Assembly (NCBI GenBank): GCA_039818205.1
Contig: JBCBUK010000016.1
Coordinates: 1 to 64,000 of the forward strand
Reading direction: 5' to 3'
Source: Verrucomicrobiota bacterium
Lineage (GTDB): Bacteria; Verrucomicrobiota; Verrucomicrobiia; Opitutales; Cerasicoccaceae
DNA: 64,000 bases
Shown: positions 56,336 to 64,000 of the stretch, one piece after another
Position numbering within the stretch: the first letter of the stretch is position 1
How the letters are laid out: each line of letters begins with the position of its first letter
Notes under the pieces: model-generated
Database searches by the model: none
What the model saw: only the letters and a program-made list of their open reading frames with translations
Told to the model about the DNA's origin: nothing
Made by a program: the position numbers and the translations under genes

Positions 56336-59300
56336 ATGCATTACAAAGCTTGGCTATTGTTCCTATTTCCCATACTCACATTCCTGTATGCGAAAGCCTC
56401 ACCAACGCTAGATTCACTGTCGCCAACTCCCGTCTCCGCGGGCCAAACCTTTTCCATCATTGGCAGTGATTTCGATCCCGACAAGACCTACACCGCGAGC
56501 GTCGGTGACGAAGAATTGACGGTAGTCGGCACCACGCCTACCGAATTACAAGTTCAAGCTGGGTCTCAGTCCGGATTATTGCAAGTTGTCGAGGACGGCG
56601 TTGAGGTTACCAGCGATCTTTATGTCTCGGTCGTCACCTCGGTGCTTGGGCAGCTTGTCGCACCCCCTGGAGTCAATGTTGACGGCTACCAGGTAATGAA
56701 CGGCGATTCCACAACGGCTGTCGCCTCCGATGGGACCTTTAGCATACCCGTATCGGCCGATCGAACGACGGTCTTGTGGGCGTTCCGGGACGACGCCGAT
56801 CCCGTATTCTTTGCGGTTCATCTTCCTGGAGATTCGTCGGTCCTCATCGATTCCGCATCAACCGCAATCACTTCAGTCTTTCTGTCCCCACTCTTAACGA
56901 CTCGCAACGCAGAACTCGCCCAACAGCGCGTAGATGCCATTGCAGCCAGCGAGGAGACCGACGAGCTTGCCGCTTTTATCGAGGTCGCAGCGGCTGATAG
57001 CCGGGATCACCAACAAGATGGACGGTTTGACGAACTCTATTTAGCTGCTCTCGAATCGTCACTAACAGAGATTTCTCAGTTGGTTCCCACTCAGTCAACC
57101 CTCACGGCACCGCTTCGATTGTCAAGGCGCACAAATGAACCGAACCTGCCGATCATAATCAAGAGCCTCAATCGAGACGAGATCCCGAATAGCCCAGAGT
57201 CCGATGGAGCGATGAGCTGGATGAAGCTAACCGCAGAGCTCAAAGGCGACCGCTCAAACGGATCCGATTATTATCTAGTGAGTCTTGTAAACAAACAGTC
57301 TCGCCCCCTCCAAACGGACAATCCGCTGACCTGGATGTTTTCCGTGTACGAGATTAACCCCAATCGATTTAACGACCGTCAAGCAGTTGCCGATTTTGAC
57401 CAAAGTGATTCCGTGTTTCAATTCGTTGAACCGGGCTTTTCTCCAAACCCCGCAGTTGGACCGATCTATCAAGGTTCCGTTGATGCAGACCTCGGGGCGG
57501 CCGATGTCGATGTTGGCGAACTGTTGGTCAATGCAGTCTTCAGTCAGTTCGAGTCGGCGGTCGCAAATGACCACCAACTCATTACGGGAGCAAAGCCAAC
57601 GTTCACCCCAGCAAAGAATCAATTTTTGCTCCCGGGCGATCGCGAAGGAATCTACGTCATCCAAGCATTCAGCGGTAACCTCGCGTTCGGCTACGAGTAT
57701 TGGGATGATCCAGGAAGTGTTAGCCAAATTCGAATCTTGGAAGCCCAAGACCGGCTATCTCAGTGGGAAACCGCTCTGGCGCTGAACATCGTCATCCTTT
57801 CTGTGGACCTGCTTTCCATTGCGAATCTTCCAGATCACTTTGGCGATATTGCATCAGAAATTTTTGTCGATGTTAGCCAACTGCTGACCGCCGAGTTCGC
57901 CCAGCAAAAGGAGCTCAACGCGCAGTTGATGTATGTGGTTCTTCGACAAACCGTCATCTCGGCATTGGAAGCTACTCTAAAAACGAAATCTGCGTCGCTG
58001 ACTGACGCAATCTTTGCTGGCACGAAACTATTCGGAAAAAGCCTAGTTAAGTTCTTCGACATCACGAGTAAGGTCAGTGCATTTGCTGAATTCGGTCAGC
58101 GCACGAATGGGCTGCTGCTCAAACAAGCCTTCGCGACGGAACGTTTCCTTTTGATCGTCGGAAATCCATTCAAACCAAAGATATCGAACTACAGTCCTCG
58201 TTCCGGTCGTGCTGGAGATGTGGTAAACATCACCGGGTATAACTTTCCAGCAAACCCGAAGGTCAGTTTTTGCCGGAATCCTCAAACCACTACTAACGAC
58301 AGTGATCCCGCTTTTGATTCCAAGGCCGAGGCAACGATTCTCCGATCCAATGAGACGAGCATTAGTGTAACCGTTCCCGAAAACTGGGAAGGTGAACTGG
58401 GATCGGGAAACTTCGACGCGTTTATCTGCATCGAAGAGGACGGGGAGGATCACATCGCTACGACTCAAGGACGCATCGACATTCCGGAGTCATTCTTTTT
58501 CATTCCTCGACCCGTCATTACGAGCGTATTTCCCGACCCAATTTATCCTGGCTCAACCGTCACAATAAATGCCGAACACCTAACCGGCCTGAATCCCGAG
58601 CTCTATCGAATCCTTATTGATGACAGCCCAAGTGGTGATGTGATTAACTCCAGCGGACTAAGCGTTACCTTCGAGTTGCCCGATACCATCCAAACGGGCT
58701 TTCACAACTTGAAGGTGCGGATCGAACCCAACCCGAACTACACCTCCGACTCGTTCTCGTTCGTGGTCAGCCCTCGCCCGGAAGACAATCGCGACCGAGG
58801 ATTCCAAATTTCCGTGTCGACCGATTCCGACTCCTCAACCATCAGTGATGGCGTCGTGAGTCTACGTGAAGCAATTTTGATCCTGCGGGGAGAGCGTGGC
58901 TTCCAACAGCGCCCCGACGGAGTCGAGGGAGGACAGTTTGAGTCGGACTTCATCAGTGAGACAATTGGTCGATTCGCGATCGAGGCCCACGAAGACATTG
59001 AGTCCGAAACAATCACCCTGAACAGCCCCCTACCCGATCTTCCTTTGGGCACTCAGTTGAGTTTGGACGACGTCACGATCAACGCGACCAATGCAGGAGA
59101 TCCAACATTCGACATCCGCAACAATCTGGATACAAGCCTAAGCGGCTTTGCGATCGAAGATGCTCCGGGTATCGGTATCAACATCCAAAACTCCGAGCTG
59201 GTCACCGTCTCCAAAGTTACCGTTCGCAATAGCGGAGGCACTGGCATCAAGGTTACCGATTCGCCTAGTGTCCGCATCAACGGTGCCATTATCGAATCTC

Positions 59301-62300
59301 CGGGTGCGCATGGCATCCATCTAACGGGTCCCTTGACTCGAGGGGCGATCGTCAAGCCGGGCGTATTTATTAATCCCAACCCATTCGGTCGAGTTTTGAA
59401 TGCGACTAGTGGCTACGGGGTGCTGGTTGACAATGGCGTAAAAGATAGCCGTATAGATCCTGGCGACGTCCGCAACTGCTCAATGGGGGGTATCTGCGTG
59501 ACCGGCAACTCAACCGATGGAATCGTTGTGGGTGACGCAACTTTTGTTCGCCCAGCACTCCGGGCAATCGTCGACAATGGTGGCCATGGTGTTCACATCA
59601 AAGACGGCGCTGATCGAGCAATTGTTCGTTGGCTACTCACCGCGGGCAACTCTGGCGACGGCATTCGCATCGATGGTGGCTCCGGCCATCGTGTCGATAG
59701 CGTATTTAGCGGCATCGATATCTACGACACCTCGCCATCAGCCGATACCTATGGCTTCCCGCGCGCTCGGGCCTTCAACCCGAACCAGAATACGGGGCAC
59801 GGTGTCGCTTTCATCGACGTTTCCGATTCCATCATTGGCGGCAATTTTCCTGCACATGCCATTCGTGGCTTTGGTGAACGCTTCGGTCTTTTAAATAATG
59901 GGAAGAGCGGCATCTACCTACAAGACAGTAACGATGTCACCGTCGCCAGTGGTCATCTCGGCGATGTGTTTTCGCTAGACTTCGACGGAACTCTGCTCAG
60001 TCCCGCCCCGGTCATCCCCAACGGTGAGAACGGAATTCACATCAAAGGCGGTGGTCAGCACACTATCGGAGAGTTTCACAGTTTCTACGACCTGCATATC
60101 AATGGAGCACCCAATGGGGCTGGCGTTTTGATTGAAAACTCGGATGGCAACCAAGTTATCGGTAATCAAATTGGCATCGACCATGGATTTATTTTCACCG
60201 ATTCGAACCATCGTCTCAGATACGGTGTGCATATTAAAGGCACCTCGCGAAATAATAGAATTGGCGAGCTGGGAAGTTTCTTCGAGATTCCATTTCTACC
60301 CGGAGACTCTCCGCCATTCACCGGCCCGTATCGCCCCTATAACGTGATCTCAAACTGCCTTGTCGCCGGCGTATTTATCGAGAATGCAGGAGGCAATCCA
60401 GATTTTGGAAACCCCGCGCTAGCCGAACGGCCAAACATTGTGCAAAACAACTTTATCGGTGAGGATGAATTTCAGTTCAGCGAATTCGGCAATGCGGTTG
60501 GCATCCTAATTGAAGGATCGTCCTTTGTGAACGTCATTGGGGGCCCAACGAACGCTCATGGTAACACGATTCGCTACAACGACGATGCCGGTATTCGATT
60601 CGAGGACTTTAGTGTAGCCGACCTCGAAGACCGCTTACCCTTTCGAGTACGCATCGGAGGCAATACGATCATCGACCAAGGAAAAAACAACCAAGACCCG
60701 GTTCAGCCCTTGCTAGAAGGGTTTCCCGGCGGTGCTGGCATCCATGTGCACAACTGCCGTGGCTGCGTGATCTCGTCTCTACCGCTTGCTACCAACGTGA
60801 TTGAATCCAACAACGTTGGTATCTACGTCGAAAACAGCGAGCACGGCATCATCGGCCAACAGACCATTAAAGATAACCGCGAGGCGGGTATCGTCCTGCG
60901 AGCAAGTGACAACAACCGCCTCGCGGTTGAAAAGCTCGGTGCCCGCACAACCGTCGAGCTCAATGGGCAACAACCCGTTACTCAGACTGGCGGGATTATT
61001 CTTGCAGACTCCAACAATAATCGGTTGTCCGACATCGATATTACTAGCAACAGCGGACCCGGCCTTCACCTGCACGACTCGGCAAACAATCTTATAGGAA
61101 CCGTCAACACACGATCGCTCAAGATCAACCAGAATACCGGCGATGGAATTCTCGTTGAAGGCGGTGGCTCGAACGGTAACCAAATCAATGGATTCATTGT
61201 TGGAATCGACGGCTTGAATCCAGCGGGTAACCAAGCCAACGGCATTCACTTTTCCGATGGGGCCCACAGCAACCAGGTCGGTACGGCAGGCGGTAGTTTC
61301 CGAATCGGATTCAACAACGGGGCCGGTGTGCTGGTCGACGGCTCAAGCACAGTCGGTAATTCGATCAACCGTACGGCAATCTATCAAAACGCCACGGGAA
61401 TCACCCATCAAGGAGGCGGCAATCGGGATCAGGTCGCGCCACTCATTTCCACGGTCAGTCCGTCTGCTCGTGAGATCACAGGACTGGTTGCCAATACCAC
61501 AACGATCCCAGCTGGCAGCACGATTGAAGCATTTATCGATAGTGCTTCACCACCGCAGGGGCGCCGTTTACTGGGCCGGACGACGACGACTCCCGGTGGC
61601 GAATGGACACTGTTTGCTCCAGCTCTGGGCGTCGTTACGGGCAACGTTACCGTTACCGCAACCAACGCGACTACCAACGACACGTCCGAGTTCTCGACCG
61701 AGTTTGGCATCGCCCGCGGCTTTTCAATCGAGCGCACCGACTCCGACGCACCGAGCACCCGTACATTCTCGAAATCGAGACCAAGCCTCATTCTGGACCG
61801 CTATACCGTCAGCACAATCAATGCCCCGGTAACGATGTTGTCGGTTGATGTCAACTTGTCTGGAACGATCGATGACAGTCAAGTTTTTCAACAGATCGAA
61901 ATCTGGCTCGACGCCGATGAAAACGGTTTAGTTTCTGACGCCGACATTCTCCTAGGCTCCGAGGATATAATCACCGATGATGGAAGCATCAGCATTGAAT
62001 TCGCGGAACACTTTCTCGGTGAAAACACCAGTGAGTTCTGGCTACTAAACAGTGTCTTCAAATCCGAACCAAACGAAGGAACGACCGTTACCGCGTCGGT
62101 CGTTGCAGCGAGTGATGTGATCATTGATACGCCTTCCCAGCAATCGACCTTGGCGATTATTGGAAGCTTCCCCCTCGATGGAGACACCCATGAGGCCACG
62201 AGCTCAGACCTCTATTCGACTTTCCAGCAAGATGAGTTCGGCCCCGACGCAAATAACCCATTGATCGCGGGTCGTTTGGTCGACACGGACTTTGATAACG

Positions 62301-62611
62301 TCATCAACATATTCGAATTGATTCGCGGCCTCGACCCACAAACCGCCGACAACGGAACCTTCCTCGAAGGTATGGTGATCAACGGTTTCTACCAGTTCGA
62401 GTATGACCGGAAAAGTGGGATTGCGTCCGGCTTCAGCCTGCTACCCGAACTTTCCTCCGACTTGATCTATTGGTTCAATGACCCAAACCAAATCGATGAG
62501 ATTCGGGTGACCGATAACGGCGACGGGACAGAGAAGGTAACGATTGTTACTGCAATTCCTGACAGCACGGCATTACGCCTGTTCTGCCGAATACGAGTGG
62601 CGGAACTCTAG
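56336..62611 (+). CDS. Large secreted protein with IPT/TIG domains and parallel beta-helix repeats
   Basis: Signal peptide; P.I....P..G..G..V.I.G.NF IPT units; VSLREAI (CSLREA-like); many N...GI.I repeats; TSEFS; C-terminal D.D.D...N..E...G.DP and S.DL..W. Confidence 0.8.
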   Translation: MHYKAWLLFLFPILTFLYAKASPTLDSLSPTPVSAGQTFSIIGSDFDPDKTYTASVGDEELTVVGTTPTELQVQAGSQSGLLQVVEDGVEVTSDLYVSVVTSVLGQLVAPPGVNVDGYQVMNGDSTTAVASDGTFSIPVSADRTTVLWAFRDDADPVFFAVHLPGDSSVLIDSASTAITSVFLSPLLTTRNAELAQQRVDAIAASEETDELAAFIEVAAADSRDHQQDGRFDELYLAALESSLTEISQLVPTQSTLTAPLRLSRRTNEPNLPIIIKSLNRDEIPNSPESDGAMSWMKLTAELKGDRSNGSDYYLVSLVNKQSRPLQTDNPLTWMFSVYEINPNRFNDRQAVADFDQSDSVFQFVEPGFSPNPAVGPIYQGSVDADLGAADVDVGELLVNAVFSQFESAVANDHQLITGAKPTFTPAKNQFLLPGDREGIYVIQAFSGNLAFGYEYWDDPGSVSQIRILEAQDRLSQWETALALNIVILSVDLLSIANLPDHFGDIASEIFVDVSQLLTAEFAQQKELNAQLMYVVLRQTVISALEATLKTKSASLTDAIFAGTKLFGKSLVKFFDITSKVSAFAEFGQRTNGLLLKQAFATERFLLIVGNPFKPKISNYSPRSGRAGDVVNITGYNFPANPKVSFCRNPQTTTNDSDPAFDSKAEATILRSNETSISVTVPENWEGELGSGNFDAFICIEEDGEDHIATTQGRIDIPESFFFIPRPVITSVFPDPIYPGSTVTINAEHLTGLNPELYRILIDDSPSGDVINSSGLSVTFELPDTIQTGFHNLKVRIEPNPNYTSDSFSFVVSPRPEDNRDRGFQISVSTDSDSSTISDGVVSLREAILILRGERGFQQRPDGVEGGQFESDFISETIGRFAIEAHEDIESETITLNSPLPDLPLGTQLSLDDVTINATNAGDPTFDIRNNLDTSLSGFAIEDAPGIGINIQNSELVTVSKVTVRNSGGTGIKVTDSPSVRINGAIIESPGAHGIHLTGPLTRGAIVKPGVFINPNPFGRVLNATSGYGVLVDNGVKDSRIDPGDVRNCSMGGICVTGNSTDGIVVGDATFVRPALRAIVDNGGHGVHIKDGADRAIVRWLLTAGNSGDGIRIDGGSGHRVDSVFSGIDIYDTSPSADTYGFPRARAFNPNQNTGHGVAFIDVSDSIIGGNFPAHAIRGFGERFGLLNNGKSGIYLQDSNDVTVASGHLGDVFSLDFDGTLLSPAPVIPNGENGIHIKGGGQHTIGEFHSFYDLHINGAPNGAGVLIENSDGNQVIGNQIGIDHGFIFTDSNHRLRYGVHIKGTSRNNRIGELGSFFEIPFLPGDSPPFTGPYRPYNVISNCLVAGVFIENAGGNPDFGNPALAERPNIVQNNFIGEDEFQFSEFGNAVGILIEGSSFVNVIGGPTNAHGNTIRYNDDAGIRFEDFSVADLEDRLPFRVRIGGNTIIDQGKNNQDPVQPLLEGFPGGAGIHVHNCRGCVISSLPLATNVIESNNVGIYVENSEHGIIGQQTIKDNREAGIVLRASDNNRLAVEKLGARTTVELNGQQPVTQTGGIILADSNNNRLSDIDITSNSGPGLHLHDSANNLIGTVNTRSLKINQNTGDGILVEGGGSNGNQINGFIVGIDGLNPAGNQANGIHFSDGAHSNQVGTAGGSFRIGFNNGAGVLVDGSSTVGNSINRTAIYQNATGITHQGGGNRDQVAPLISTVSPSAREITGLVANTTTIPAGSTIEAFIDSASPPQGRRLLGRTTTTPGGEWTLFAPALGVVTGNVTVTATNATTNDTSEFSTEFGIARGFSIERTDSDAPSTRTFSKSRPSLILDRYTVSTINAPVTMLSVDVNLSGTIDDSQVFQQIEIWLDADENGLVSDADILLGSEDIITDDGSISIEFAEHFLGENTSEFWLLNSVFKSEPNEGTTVTASVVAASDVIIDTPSQQSTLAIIGSFPLDGDTHEATSSDLYSTFQQDEFGPDANNPLIAGRLVDTDFDNVINIFELIRGLDPQTADNGTFLEGMVINGFYQFEYDRKSGIASGFSLLPELSSDLIYWFNDPNQIDEIRVTDNGDGTEKVTIVTAIPDSTALRLFCRIRVAEL

Positions 62612-62786
62612 ACTGTACATCAGTCAAAAAGTAAGATGGCTCCAATCGGTCGGACGCGTAGAAGGCCAGCGAGCCTCATTTCCGCAGTATTATAGAGGGT
62701 GCTAGATTAATCGTTGTCGACATCCGGCATTGCGATTAAGAAACTTGAAAAATCACCACCTAGAAAATCGAACACCCCCCAATACT

Positions 62787-64000
62787 ATGAATTTTGGTTT
62801 CACAGCCAAAGGCATCTTTGTGATCGCCCTATCCGCAACTGTCAATTGTCTCGGCGTTGATCCCGCTTCCGTTACCGTACACCTTCTCCAAGAACAAGTG
62901 ATCGGAGAGACGTCTGAACTCGACCGGAGCAAATTTTTCAATGTACACAGCACTTACACTGGAGCTGGATTGACCAAGGACGACCTTGATCAACTCCAGT
63001 CACTCAACGTGGGATTTGGCCGGTCTTTTGATGGACCGTTCAGTGGGCATAAGAACGGAACTCCCTATCCAGACAGCGAAACGATCCAGGAAAAATCTGC
63101 CGAAGTAATCGCGAAGGCCAAAGCAGACCCTCTTTTTCCCTACCGGACAACACGACGCATTGTCACGACTGAGCCAAAGGCTGCATTCAACATGGAGTCT
63201 GATCCCAAAGAGATGGCACGATACGCGGTTGACATCTTGGAGTTCAACTATGAGGACGATTTTCGACCCGATTTCTTTTCGCCTATTTCAATTCCGTTCG
63301 TTGCCGCTGGTAGATACGGAGATGACCAGGCGGTCGTGCGTGAGCGAATGACCGACGTGATTGCCGAGGTCGGCAAAGAGATTGATCGCCGAGGCCTATC
63401 TACAAAAGTCATTGGCTACACCAGCGCCTGGCCCATGCCACACTATTGGGATTTCGGCCATTGGCGCAGTCGGATGCAGATGTTCATGGATAGAGCTGGG
63501 CCCCATATTGACGCCATTTGCTTCCTCATGATGGATTCAACCCAAATGAAAGAAAGTGATCGCTGGCGCAGCGGAAGCAGAGTCGAGGCGATCATGGACC
63601 TTATTGAGACTTATGGGGCGCAGAAATGGGGTGAGCCCAAGCCATTTGCTATTAGTGAGTATGGTGACGTTTCCTATGATTGGCCAGACGGTGATACCTA
63701 TTCGCCCGCAAGGGCATCCGCGGAGCTCAACTCGTATAATCACTTCTTGTTTTCTTTACTTGATCGCGAACATCGACTGCTCATTGCCGTTCCATTTATC
63801 ACAACGAAAAGCCCATGGTTTTTTAAGAGCCCAATGAACCAATGGCAGCCATTTTCGGCCGACCTTTGGCGACCTGACCCAGAAAGCATCATAGATGGCG
63901 CACCAACCCGATTTCTCGAAACCGAAAAGATGGAGTTCTACCGTCTTTGGCGGGATGTAAACGGCAATCGGGTTCTGACTGAGTCCACCGATCCAGACAT
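62787..64000 (+). CDS. GH86-like (beta-porphyranase/agarase family) protein, truncated by the window end
   Basis: Absent from the ORF track because it has no stop. Translates MNFGFTAKG...LDRSKFFNVH, GRSF.GPF, GY.SAWP, DF.HW..RM.MFMD.AG, RSGS..EA..DLIE.Y and KPFAISEYG. Confidence 0.8.
   Translation, partial: MNFGFTAKGIFVIALSATVNCLGVDPASVTVHLLQEQVIGETSELDRSKFFNVHSTYTGAGLTKDDLDQLQSLNVGFGRSFDGPFSGHKNGTPYPDSETIQEKSAEVIAKAKADPLFPYRTTRRIVTTEPKAAFNMESDPKEMARYAVDILEFNYEDDFRPDFFSPISIPFVAAGRYGDDQAVVRERMTDVIAEVGKEIDRRGLSTKVIGYTSAWPMPHYWDFGHWRSRMQMFMDRAGPHIDAICFLMMDSTQMKESDRWRSGSRVEAIMDLIETYGAQKWGEPKPFAISEYGDVSYDWPDGDTYSPARASAELNSYNHFLFSLLDREHRLLIAVPFITTKSPWFFKSPMNQWQPFSADLWRPDPESIIDGAPTRFLETEKMEFYRLWRDVNGNRVLTESTDPD

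Overview
Bacterial chromosomal segment, probably from a marine Verrucomicrobiota/PVC member (inferred from PEP-CTERM proteins, algal-polysaccharide GH16/GH86 genes and a signal-peptide Ni-SOD). In order it carries: a tyrosine integrase beside tRNA-Thr(CGT); housekeeping genes (HtrA, esterases, enolase, sodN); an isomerase-kinase-aldolase sugar operon; a ~3 kb 'intergenic' region (11.7-14.65 kb); assorted CAZyme, oxidoreductase and transporter genes; a 15-gene xanthomonadin/aryl-polyene-type cluster (30.2-44.3 kb); a Gld-type ABC system; an ECF/anti-sigma pair; a 2091-aa beta-helix surface protein; and a GH86-like gene cut by the window edge that lacks the acid/base Glu. The 11.7-14.65 kb region is the standout and is actually a dense RNA cassette. 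It holds three leader-ORF/terminator units with competing antiterminator pairings, eight tRNA or tRNA-like genes (several aberrant), a rod-like ncRNA, a circularly permuted tRNA mimic with YrlA Y-RNA architecture, and a ~195-nt structured RNA containing an exact copy of the ribosomal sarcin-ricin loop (AGUACGAGAGGA). All are on the + strand ahead of a slipin (SPFH) gene. I infer a translation-stress / ribotoxin-decoy module. All calls were made by eye from the sequence and the ORF track, with no database searches.
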